Source: Anas platyrhynchos
Lineage: Eukaryota
DNA: 64,000 nt
Direction of reading: 5' to 3'
NCBI RefSeq assembly: GCF_047663525.1
Contig: NC_092617.1
Location: 5,639,550-5,703,549, forward strand
Shown here: positions 22,301-44,499 of the stretch, piece after piece
Layout: every line of letters starts with the position of its first letter
How positions within the stretch are numbered: the stretch's first letter is position 1
Program-made: the position numbers and the translations under genes
The notes under the pieces: model-generated
The model's input: only the letters and a program-made list of their open reading frames with translations
Told to the model about the DNA's origin: nothing
Databases searched by the model: none

Positions 22301-23854
22301 TTCAACGCGGCCCCAAACTGGGGGGTACTGGTGGGGGACGCCCTGGGGCTGCCCGAGCCCCGCCTGCGCCAGCAACTGGTGCAGCACCAGGGGAAGGTAA
22401 CTGGGAGCACTGGGAGGCGCTGGGAGGGGGTTTGGGGGGGGCTGGGGGGGGACTGGGAGGGACTGGGAGGCACTGGGAAGGGGTTTGGGGGGGGTTAAAG
22501 GGGACTGGGAGGGAACTGGGATATACTGGGAGTGACTGGGAGGGGACTGGGAGGGGGTTAAGGGGGACTGGGAGGGCACTGGGATGAACTGGGAGGGATT
22601 GGGAGGGGGTTGTTGGTTAGTGGGGGGGAACTGGGATGAACTGGGAGTAAACTGGAATATACTGGGAGCAACTGGGAGGGACTGGGAGGGGGTTTGGGGG
22701 GCATATGGGGGGACTGGGAGGGGGCTGGGATGTACTGGGAGGGGACTGGGCCATACTGGGAGGGACTGGGAGGGACTGGTAAGGGGTTAAAGGGGACTGG
22801 GAGGGTACTGGGAGGATACTGGGAGGGAACTGGGATATACTGGGAGGGACTGGGAGGGGGTTAGGGAGGATTGGGGGGTATTGGGATTTACTGGGAGGGT
22901 ACTGGGAGGGCACTGGGTTATACTGGGAGGGACTGGGATGAACTGGGAGGGGGTCTGGGGAGGTGTGGGCATACAGGGAAGGCCTGGGCTATACTGGGAG
23001 GGAGCTGGGGGGCACTGGGGTGTACTGGGAGGGGACTGGGATGAACTGGGAGGACACTGGGATATACTGGGAGGGACTGGGAGGGGACTGGGGCATACTG
23101 GGATATACTGGGAGGGGTCTGTGCTACTTTATACTGGTTTGTACTGGGCCGTACCAGTTTGTACCAGTATATACTGGTCCGTACTGGTCCATACTGGTTT
23201 ATACTGGTCCATACTGGTTTGTACTGGTTTATACTGGTCCGTACTGGTCTATTTATACTGGTCCTTACTGGTGTATACTGGTTTGTACTGGGCTATACCA
23301 GTTTGTACCAGTATATACCGGTCCGTACTGGTCCCTACTGGTCCCTACTGGTCCGTACTGGTCCCTACTGGTCCGTACTGGTCCTTACTGGTTTATACTG
23401 GTTCTTACTGGTCTATTTATACTGGTCCTTACTGGTGTATACTGGTTTGTACTGGGCTATACCAGTTTGTACCAGTATATACCGGTCCCTACTGGTCCGT
23501 ACTGGTCCATACTGGTCTATACTGGTCCCTACTGGTCCGTACTGGTCCTTACTGGTTTATACTGGTTCTTACTGGTCTATTTATACTGGTCCTTACTGGT
23601 GTATACTGGTTTGTACTGGGCTATACCACTTTGTACCAGTATATACCAGTCCCTACTGGTCCATACTGGTCCCTACTGGTCCATACTGGTCCGTACTGGT
23701 CCTTACTGGTTTATACTGGTTCTTACTGGTGCAGACGTTCTCCTTCGTGTCCATCCGGGTCCCGTCCCCGCTGTCCCTGGTGGTCAACGGGCGCCGCCCC
23801 CCCCCCTCGGCCGCCGCCCCCCCCCGGCTGCAGTGCTCCAACCCCCCCAATTAA
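4228..23854 (+). CDS. TTC5: TTC5 (tetratricopeptide repeat domain 5, Strap) complete CDS, join(4228..4311,8187..8232,9033..9104,11637..11848,14344..14467,17060..17151,18636..18692,18866..19012,21325..21500,22252..22396,23735..23854), 1275 nt, 424 aa
   Basis: Spliced translation is colinear with vertebrate TTC5 (ALRALEEMVAELYRFKD; EEEMERTVQRMEAV; ALKLQPGLAPAWTRLGEARW TPR; YVLGNAYVSLFFAGGQSPEAARRALGAYAQA; EKIDPAAAANPDLHLNRAT; LLQYQERYGAALEGLARAAALAPEW; GKVRGKRLRGLLGSLPP; VSVFNAAPNWGVLVGDALGLPEPRLRQQLVQHQGK; TFSFVSIRVPSPLSLVVNGRRP). All junctions are GT-AG and the phases are consistent. Confidence 0.85.
4330..8160. repeat. ~3.8 kb complex tandem array in TTC5 intron 1 built from ~40-bp subunits GCCTGGTTGCCATGGAAACGAGGCCTAGAGGGGGACAAG and GGAGATTTGGGGTGAAAAAGTCCCGTTTCTATGG
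   Basis: Direct reading. Confidence 0.9.
8187..8232 (+). CDS. TTC5: TTC5 exon 2 (EMVAELYRFKDSLRL+G)
   Basis: Acceptor tttttttccccccag; donor G|GTGACA lies within the first unit of the 21-bp intronic repeat. Confidence 0.85.
8233..8940. repeat. 21-bp minisatellite GGTGACAAAAACACCCCTAAG (~34 units), TTC5 intron 2; period is a multiple of 3
   Basis: Direct reading. Confidence 0.9.
9033..9104 (+). CDS. TTC5: TTC5 exon 3 (GDGGRLAALEEEMERTVQRMEAVH+G)
   Basis: Acceptor ccaaaaag; donor G|GTGAGC; matches human EMEKTLQQMEEVVG. Confidence 0.85.
9110..10740. repeat. 20-bp minisatellite AACCCAAAAACCCCGCCCAG (~80 units), TTC5 intron 3; every unit carries an Sp1 GC box CCCCGCCC
   Basis: Direct reading. 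Confidence 0.9.
10800..11630. repeat. 22-bp minisatellite AAGCCCCGCCCACCTCCATT (~35 units), TTC5 intron 3; GC box in every unit
   Basis: Direct reading. Confidence 0.9.
11637..11848 (+). CDS. TTC5: TTC5 exon 4 (VSPQGRGRALLLRARALEAAPGGRGRAEAALGRALKLQPGLAPAWTRLGEARWSHGDITGATRCFQGALAH)
   Basis: Acceptor ccctcag chosen because it keeps the frame; donor CAT|GTAAGT; TPR region matches human [33 protein letters not shown]. Confidence 0.75.
11860..12930. repeat. 21-bp minisatellite GGGGTTATAGGGTCAATATTG (~50 units), TTC5 intron 4
   Basis: Direct reading. Confidence 0.9.
13340..14335. repeat. ~1 kb polypyrimidine tract (T5-8 C2-3)n on the plus strand, TTC5 intron 4, ending at the exon 5 acceptor
   Basis: Direct reading. 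Confidence 0.9.
14344..14467 (+). CDS. TTC5: TTC5 exon 5 (CDDPEAHRLLSMALRRGGSLQEGLAQAEAAVRCDPTAGSSW+T)
   Basis: Acceptor ccccccaaaag; donor T|GTGAGT; matches human CRNKVSLQNLSMVLRQL..DGRSW. Confidence 0.85.
14470..16400. repeat. ~160-bp higher-order repeat, about 12 tandem copies (GGGGGCTTTTGGGGGGTCCCTATGGGGTCAGCGGGTCGGGG...GGGCTAAAGGGGGAGGTTCTAGG...), TTC5 intron 5
   Basis: Monomer restarts at ~14495, 14655, 14815, 14975, and so on. Confidence 0.9.
17060..17151 (+). CDS. TTC5: TTC5 exon 6 (YVLGNAYVSLFFAGGQSPEAARRALGAYAQA)
   Basis: Acceptor ttttttcccccag; donor GCG|GTAGGC; matches human [31 protein letters not shown]. Confidence 0.85.
17160..18560. repeat. CCCTATAGGGCC / GGGGTCTCTATGGGGCCCTATAG family arrays, TTC5 intron 6
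   Basis: Direct reading. Confidence 0.85.
18636..18692 (+). CDS. TTC5: TTC5 exon 7 (EKIDPAAAANPDLHLNRAT)
   Basis: Acceptor ccccccccccgtcag; donor ACG|GTACGG; matches human EKVDRKASSNPDLHLNRAT. Confidence 0.85.
18693..18865 (+). promoter_or_regulatory. TTC5: Three and a half tandem ~48-bp units, each carrying CAGCCAATGG (CCAAT) plus GGGCGGG (GC box), filling TTC5 intron 7; the last unit supplies the exon 8 acceptor
   Basis: Direct repeat reading. Confidence 0.5.
18866..19012 (+). CDS. TTC5: TTC5 exon 8 (LLQYQERYGAALEGLARAAALAPEWAEPRMRHARLLDFLGRLCALLGNR)
   Basis: Acceptor gcgcgcag lies in the last unit of the CCAAT/GC repeat; an in-frame alternative acceptor 15 nt upstream (ctcag|ccaatggg) is possible; donor CGC|GTGAGT; matches human [28 protein letters not shown]. 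Confidence 0.75.
19090..21300. repeat. G4T4-like arrays (GGGGGATTTTGG)n, 19090..20470, then 21-bp GGGGCCATTTGGGGTGGATTT units, 20470..21300; TTC5 intron 8
   Basis: Direct reading. Confidence 0.9.
21325..21500 (+). CDS. TTC5: TTC5 exon 9 (GKVRGKRLRGLLGSLPPSLLGPLGGVPTLLGSLRFGANPGRALLGRVLFSLTPDEGVP+CT)
   Basis: Acceptor ttccctccttttag; donor CT|GTGAGT; matches human GKVKTKKLQSMLGSLRP..KVVFSLTTEEKVP. Confidence 0.85.
21700..23730. repeat. (GGGACTGGGAGG)n arrays (21700..22100, 22400..23130) and 12-bp (TACTGGTCCNTA)n arrays (22100..22250, 23130..23730); TTC5 introns 9-10
   Basis: Direct reading. Confidence 0.9.
22252..22396 (+). CDS. TTC5: TTC5 exon 10 (L TLGVADGAGAVAAVSVFNAAPNWGVLVGDALGLPEPRLRQQLVQHQGK)
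   Basis: Acceptor tactggtgcag comes from the 12-bp TACTGGT satellite; donor AAG|GTAACT; matches human [47 protein letters not shown]. Confidence 0.85.
23735..23854 (+). CDS. TTC5: TTC5 terminal exon (TFSFVSIRVPSPLSLVVNGRRPPPSAAAPPRLQCSNPPN*), stop TAA 23852..23854
   Basis: Acceptor tcttactggtgcag, again from the TACTGGT satellite; matches human [23 protein letters not shown]..RPQCE*. Confidence 0.9.
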   Translation, partial: TFSFVSIRVPSPLSLVVNGRRPPPSAAAPPRLQCSNPPN

Positions 23855-23878
23855 CCAATTACCCCCCTCATTAACGCG

Positions 23879-23886
23879 TGACGTCA
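23879..23886. promoter_or_regulatory. Perfect palindromic CRE (TGACGTCA) 25 nt after the TTC5 stop codon, followed by GC boxes (23890..23945)
   Basis: Exact 8-mer consensus. Confidence 0.4.
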
Positions 23887-23899
23887 TCAATCCGCGCCC

Positions 23900-25100
23900 C
23901 GCCCCCTGCCCTGGGGTGGGCGGGGCTTGGGAAAAGGGGGCGGGGCCGCATGGGGGCCGCCATCTTGGGGGTGGCGGCGGGAGGTGGGGGCGGCCATGTT
24001 GGGTGTGGCAAAGGGGGAGTGGGGGCCGCCATCTTGGAGGGGGTGTGGCCCATGGGGGGGGCGGGGCTGAGGGGGTGGGGCCAAGGGCGTGGAGGGCATG
24101 GGGGGGTGGGGCCTGGTCACGTGAGGGCGGCCATCTTGGGTGGGCGTGTCTTAATGGAGGCGGCCATCTTGGGTGTGGCCATCACCATGGGGACCCCGCC
24201 ATGTTGGGTGTGGCCCCCACACACGTAGGCAGCCATCTTGGGTGTGGCCCAGTGGCATATGAAGGCAGCCATATTGGGTGTGGCACCCCCCCTAACAGTC
24301 AGCCATCTTGGGTGTGGCCAACCCCTTAGAAGTCCACCATGTTGGGTGTGGCACCCCAAAAAGCAGTCAGCCATGTTGGGTGTGGCCCAGTGACACAAGG
24401 GCAGCCATCTTGGGTGTGCCAGCCCCCTTCAGAGCCCGCCATCTTGGGTGTGGCCCAGTCACAAAAAGGCAGCCATGTTGGGTGGGGCCAAGGTCATGAA
24501 GGCAGCCATCTTGGGTGTGGCCACTGTCATGGAGGCGGCCATCTTGGGTGTGGCACACCCCCTCGGAGCCCGCCATGTTGGGTGTGACACCCCCCAAGCA
24601 GTCAGCCATCTTGGGTGTGGCCAAGTCCCATGAAGGCGGCCATCTTGGGTGTGGCAATCACCATAGGGACCCCACCATCTTGGGTGTGGCCACCCCACCA
24701 TTGGGCAGCCATCTTGGGTGGGCGTGTCCTAATGGAGGCAGCCATCTTGGGTGTGGCATCCCCCCAAAACAGGCAGCCATCTTGGGTGGGTGTGTCCCCA
24801 CTGCCGTCGGCCATCTTGGGTGTGGCCCCGTCACATCAAGGCGGCCATGTTGGGTGTGGCAACCCCCTGGGGGTGGCCATCTTGGGTGTGGCAATCACCA
24901 TGGAGGCCGCCATCTTGGGCGTGGCCAACCCCGAAGCAGTCAGCCATCTTGGGCGTGGCCTACATCACGGGGGCGGCCATGTTGGGTGTGGCCCAGTCCC
25001 ATGGGGGCGGCCATCTTGGGCGTGGCCAACCCTGGGGGCGGCCATCTTGGGCGTGTCGCCGTCCCCCCGGGGGCGGCCATGTTGGGCGTGGCGCCCCGGT
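23900..25100. promoter_or_regulatory. ~1.2 kb tandem array (~40-bp unit, about 30 copies) of GGC(C/A)GCCAT(C/G)TTGGGTGTGGC; each unit carries the YY1 core consensus (GCCATnTT / AAGATGGC); sits between the convergent 3' ends of TTC5 and HNRNPC
   Basis: Direct reading; motif matches the YY1 core consensus. Confidence 0.55.
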
Positions 25101-25116
25101 TACAAACCATCCGTCC

Positions 25117-25122
25117 TTTAAT
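25117..25122 (-). terminator. HNRNPC: ATTAAA poly(A) signal candidate on the minus strand, ~235 nt downstream of the HNRNPC stop codon
   Basis: Hexamer (plus-strand TTTAAT). Confidence 0.35.
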
Positions 25123-25129
25123 CGTTAAC

Positions 25130-25235
25130 GAGGTATCAAAATTAAAAGGGGGCGGGGCCAACGGCGGGGAGGGGGCGGGGCCAAACAGGGAGGGGGCGGG
25201 GCCACAGGAGGAGGGGGCGGGGCTAAATTGGGGGG
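25130..25235. promoter_or_regulatory. Four tandem GC boxes (GGGGCGGGGCC) with ~25-bp spacing, inside the presumed HNRNPC 3' UTR region
   Basis: Direct reading. Confidence 0.4.
25141..25146 (+). terminator. TTC5: ATTAAA poly(A) signal candidate on the plus strand (possible TTC5 3' end; would imply a ~1.3 kb 3' UTR spanning the YY1 array)
   Basis: Hexamer only; no AATAAA elsewhere in the GC-rich 23855..25140 interval. Confidence 0.3.
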
Positions 25236-25352
25236 GGGGGAGGGGCACAACACCACGAACACGGGGAGGGGGGGGAGGGGAGGGGGATGGGGGGGGGGGT
25301 CCCGGCCTTCACCGTTCTGCGCTCGCGATTTTTGGGGTGAAAAACGGCGATT

Positions 25353-39153
<13,801 letters not shown>

Positions 39154-39179
39154 TCAGTGAGGTCATCAGTGAGGTCATC

Positions 39180-41340
39180 AAGTCGTTAGGGGAGGCATCA
39201 GGTCGGCAGGGAGGTCATTGGGGCGTTAGGGGGGGAATTAGGGGGGTTATTGGGGCCTTAGGGGGGGTATTTGGGTCGTTAGGGGGGTAACTGGGACATT
39301 AGGGGGGGAATTGGGGGGGTAATTGGGGCATTAGGGGGGTAATTGGGGCGTTAAGGGGGTATTTAGGTCGTTAGGGGGGTCATTGGGGGGGAATTAGGGG
39401 GGTAATAAGGGCATTAGGGGGGTTATTGGGTCATTAGGGGGGACATTAGGGGGGTGGTGAGGTTATTGGGGGGGCATTAGGGGGATAATTGGGGCGTTAG
39501 GGGGGTAATTAGGGGGGTAATTGGGTCATTAGGGGGGTAACTGGGGTGTTAAGGGGGTAATTGGGGCATTGGGGGGGCATTAGGGGGGTAATTGGGGCGT
39601 TAGGGGGGTAATTAGGGCATTAGGGGGGGAATTAGGGGGGAATTGGGGCCTTAAGGGGGGTGTTAGGGGGGTAATTGGGGGATTAGGGGGGTTATTGGGG
39701 TGTTAGGGGGGTAATTGGGGCATTGGGGGGGAATTAGGGGGGAATTGGGGCCTTACGGGGGGGATTAGGGGGGTAATTGGGGGGAATAAGGGGGGTAATT
39801 GGGGCGTTAGGGGGGAATTGGGGAGTTAGGGGGGTAATTAGGGGGGTAATTGGGGCCTTAGGGGGGCATTAGGGGGGTAATTGGGGTGTTAAGGGGGTAT
39901 TTGGGTCATTAAAGGGGGGTTAGGGGGTTAATTGGGGAATTAGGGGGCTAATTGGGTCCTTAGGGGGTAAATTAGGGGGGTAATTGGGGGGTTAGGGGGG
40001 TGATTGGGGCCTTAGGGAGGTAATTAGGGCATTAGGGGGGGAATTAGGGGGGAATTGGGGCCTTACGGGGGGCATTAGGGGGGTTATTGGGGGGAATTAG
40101 GGGGGTAATTGGGTCGTTAGGGGGGTAATTGGGGCATTAGGGGGGGAATTAGGGGGTAATTGGGTCATTAGGGGGGTAACTGGGGTGTTAAGGGGGTAAT
40201 TGGGGCATTAGGGGGGTAATTGGGGCGTTAGGGGGGTAATTAGGGCATTAGGGGGGGAATTAGGGGGGTAATTGGGTCGTTAGGGGGGTAACTGGGGTGT
40301 TAAGGGGGTAATTGGGGCATTAGGGGGGGCATTAGGGGGGTAATTGGGGCGTTAGGGGGGTAATTAGGGCATTAGGGGGGGAATTAGGGGGGGAATTGGG
40401 GCCTTAAGGGGGGTGTTAAGGGGGTAATTGGGGACTTAGGGAGGAAATTAGGGGGGTAATTAGGGCATTAGGGGGGTAATTGGGGCGTTAGGGGGGGAAT
40501 TAGGGGGTAATTGGGGTGTTATGGGGGGAATTGGGGAGTTAAGGGAAGCATTAGGGGAGTAATTGGGGAATTAGGGGGGTATTTGGGTCGTTGGGGGGGC
40601 ATTGGGGGCAAATTAGGGGGGTAATCGGGTCATGAGGGGGGTAATTGGGGCATTAGGGGGGCATCAGGGGGGTAACTGGGGTGTTAGGGGGTAATTGGGG
40701 ACTTAGGGGGGGCATAAGGTCACTAGGGAGGTTATTAGGGTGGTAATTAGGGGGTAATTGGGGCATTAGGGGGGTAATTGGGGCATTAGGGGGGGCATTA
40801 GGGGGGTAACTGGGGCGTTGGGGGGTAATTGGGGGATTAGGGGGGGAATTGGGGCATTACAGGGGTAATTAGAGGGATAATTTGGGGATTAGGAGGGTTA
40901 TTGGGGGGAATTAGGGGGGTTATTGGGTCATTAGGGGGGTAATTAGGTCGTTAGGGGGATAATTAGGGGGGTAATTAGGGGATTAGGGGGGTAATTGGGG
41001 CGTTAGGGAGGTAATTAGGTCGTTAGGGGGATAATTAGGGGGGTAATTAGGGGATTAGGGGGGTTATTGGGGGGGATTAGGGGGGTAATTGGGGCGTTAG
41101 GGAGGTAATTAGGTCGTTAGGGGGATAATTAGGGGGGTAATTAGGGCGTTGGGGGGCATCAGTGACGTCATCAGGGGGGTGGTGAGGTCATCAGTGAGGT
41201 CATCAAGTCGTTAGGGGGGTCATTAGGGGGGTAATTGGGTAATTAGGGGGGTAACTGGGTAATTAGGGGGGTAATTGGGTCATTAGGGGGGTAATTAGGG
41301 CATTAGGGGGCTAATTAGGGCCTTAGGGAGGTCATTAGGG
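39180..41340. repeat. 22-bp minisatellite GGGGGGTAATTGGGGCATTAGG (~95 units) in the HNRNPC 5' intron/flank
   Basis: Direct reading. Confidence 0.9.
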
Positions 41341-41470
41341 AGGGGAGGGGGCGGAGCCAACAGGAAAGGGGGCGGGGCTAAAGGAAAAGGGGGCGGGGCC
41401 AAAGGGAAAGGGGCGGGGCCAAAGAGGGCGGGGCCAAAAGGGCTTGGGCTGGGGGCGGGGCTCGTTACCG
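41340..41470 (-). promoter_or_regulatory. HNRNPC: GC-box cluster (five GGGGCGGGGC[CT]AAAGG units); a minus-strand GTAACG donor-like site at ~41466; candidate alternative HNRNPC 5' exon or promoter
   Basis: Motifs only. Confidence 0.3.
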
Positions 41471-42640
41471 GCGCTCATTAGCACCACTAATTAGGGCTGG
41501 GGGGGCTAATTAGGGTTGGGGGCTACTAATTAGGGCTGGGGGGACGCTAATTAGGGCTGAGAGCTGCTAATTAGGGCTGGGGGGGCTCTAATTAGGGTTG
41601 GGGGCCACTAATTAGGGCCTAATTAGGTCCCCTGGGTCGTTAAGGAGGCTAATTACTCGCACTAATTAAATCCCAGAGCTCCAACACCATTGGTTAATGA
41701 GCCTAAGGGGTCGTTAATTAGGGTTGGGGGGTAATGAGGGGTGGCTAATTAGCGTTCTATGCTAATGAGGGAGTGCTAATTACTCTCATATGCTAATGAG
41801 GTAACAGTAACCAACATTGTATGCTAATGAAGGGTGTTAATTACCATCGTGTGCTAATGAGGGGCTGCTAATTAGGCTTGAATGCTAATGAGGGGTGCCC
41901 CAATCAGCCTTGTATGCTAATGAGGGAGTGCTAATTACTGCCATGTGTTAATGATGGGCTGTTAATTACCCTTGTATGTTAATTAGGTGGGCTCTTCCTA
42001 CCTATATATACTAATGAGGGGTCATTAATTAGCTTTACATGCTAATTAGGGAGTCGTAATTAGCATTATGTGCTAATGAGGCACATTTATATCCACTGAA
42101 TGCTAATGAGGGGCTGCTAATTACCCTCATATACTAATTAGGGCGATAATACTTGGCATTATATGATAATTAGGTTCTTAATTACCACTGCGGGCTAATT
42201 ACCCTTAATTAGGAGTCATTAATCACCAACGTATGCTAATAAGGTGATGATAATTACTATTAAATGCTAATTGGTGGTGTTAATTACTTCTTCGTGCTAA
42301 TGAGGGGCAGTTAATTACCCTCATATGCTAATTAGGGGGGGTAATGATTGGCATTATATGCTAATTAGGGTTTTAATTACCACTGCGGGCTAATTACCCT
42401 TAATTAGGGGGGTCATTAATCACCATTGTATACTAATTAGGTGATCACAATTACCATTAACTGCTAATTGGTGATGTTAATTACTGCTCCGTGCTAATAA
42501 GGGGCTGTTAATTACCCTCATATGCTAATTAGGGGGGGAATAATTGGCATTATATGCTAATGAGGGGTCGCTAATTACCTTCATATGCTAATGAGGGGGT
42601 AATATTTGGAGGGGGGGTGGTCTTTTAACGAACTCACCTG
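41470..42640. repeat. TAATTA-rich ~58-bp array (ATGCTAATGAGG...GCTAATTACC...), same family as 28150..29540
   Basis: Direct reading. Confidence 0.8.
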
Positions 42641-42649
42641 GGGGGAGGG

Positions 42650-43080
42650 GCGCTAATTAAGCCTGGCCGTTAATTAGCGGCGCTAATTACCCATGAATGA
42701 CACCGATTAATTAGGAGGGGACGAGGTTGGGGGGGAGGGGGGGGGGTAATTAAGGAAGGGGGAGGGGCCCCCGGAGCGCTGCGAGGGGCGGGAGCGGCGC
42801 CCCCCCGCCCCCCCCCCTTAATGAGCGGCGCTAATTAGCGGCGCTAATTAACGGGGGGGGGGGGAGGGGCCCCCCTCTTACCGTGGCCGGGGGTCCGGGG
42901 GTGTCCGCGGGTCCGTGGGGAGGGGGGGCGGGGGTGGGGCCCCCCCCATCGGCGCAAAGGGGGCGGGGCTTAAAGGGAGGGGGCGGGGCTTAAGGGAAGG
43001 GGGCGGGGCTTGGGGGAAGGGGGCGGGGCTTGGGGGAAGGGGCGGGGCTTCAAAAATTCGGGGGCTCTCGACCACGACCG
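42650..43080 (-). promoter_or_regulatory. HNRNPC: CpG island with five tandem GGGGGCGGGGCTTAAGGGA GC-box units (42955..43060) and a canonical minus-strand splice donor CACG|GTAAGAG at plus 42881/42880; best candidate for the HNRNPC promoter plus non-coding exon 1
   Basis: The first coding exon of HNRNPC starts with an acceptor (39134), so an upstream 5' exon is required; this is the nearest CpG island on the correct side with a GTAAGA donor on the correct strand. Confidence 0.45.
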
Positions 43081-43129
43081 TGGGGGGTAGGGGTTATAAA
43101 GGGGGGGGGGGGTGGGGGAGGAGAGAAAG

Positions 43130-44290
43130 GGGGAATTAAAAAAAAAGGGGAAAAAGGGAAATCGGAAAAGAAAAATTGAAAAGAAAAAAGAAAAATTTAA
43201 AAAGAAAAATTAAAAAAAGAAAAAATAAAAAATTTGAAAATAAAAAATCAAAAATTTCAAAATAAAAAATGAAAATTTCAAAATAAAAAATGGAAATTTG
43301 AAAATAAAAAATCAAAAATTAAAAATAAAAAAGGAAAATTCAAAATAAAAAATCAAAAATTAAAAATAAAAAAGGAAAATTCAAAATAAAAAATCAAAAA
43401 TTAAAAAAAGAAAAATTTCAAAATAAAAAATAAAAATTTCAAAATAAAAAATCGAAATTAAAAATAAAAAATAGAAATAGAAAAAGAAAAAAGTAAAATT
43501 TTTAAAGGGAAAAAGAGAAATTTAAAAATAAAATTTGAAATGTTAAAATAAAAAAAAAGAAAAATTTAAAATAAAAAATCAAAATTTCTAAATAAAAACC
43601 AAAATTTTAAAATAAAAATTAAATTTTAAAATAAAAAATGAAATTTTAAAATAAAGAACCAAAACTTTAAAATAAACAATGAAATTTTAAAATAAAATAA
43701 CTAAAATTTTAAAAGAACCAAAATTTCAAACTAAAAATTGAAATTTGAAAACCAAACTTAACATTTAACACATAAAATCAAACTTTCTAAACTAAATTTG
43801 AAACGTTAACACATAGAAACAAACTTTTGAAACAAAATCGAAAATGTCGAAACGAAAACCTAAATTTTAAAAGAAAATTCAAAATTTCAACACAATAAAT
43901 GAAAATTTCAAAACTAAATTATCAAAATAAAAATGAAAATAAAAAATAAATGAAAAATTCAAAATAAAAAATGAAAATTTCAAAATAAAAAATGGAAATA
44001 AAAAAATAAAAAATGAATATAAAAAATAAAAAAATGAAAATTTCAAAATAAAAAATGAAAAATTCAAAATAAAAAACGAAAATTTCAAAATAAAAAACCA
44101 AAATTTGAAAAAAAAATAAAAATTAAAACCAAAAATTTAAAAATTAAAAAAATCGAAATATAAAAATAAAAAATTAAAAATAAAAAAAATAAAAATAAAA
44201 AATAAAAATATAAAAATAAAAAAATTAAAAATAAAAAAATTAAAAATAAAAAAAGGAAATTTCTAAATCTGAAAATTATTAAAAAAAAAG
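43130..44290. repeat. A-rich low-complexity array (AAAATAAAAAATCAAAATTTC)n
   Basis: Direct reading. Confidence 0.9.
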
Positions 44291-44499
44291 CCACGAACCA
44301 CGAGAGGATTGGTGCAAAAGAAGTGAAAAGGAGGAAAAATCACCGACTTCCGGAGGCGCAAAACAGCCGAGGAGCAACCGGGTCCCGCTCTGCGCTGGGG
44401 AGGAAAAACGGGGCAGGTTTTGGGGACGTTTCGGCCTTTTTTGGTTCATTTCACCTAGTCTCCATTTCCTCACCCTCGCCTGGCCTCCCTGGGGGGGTT

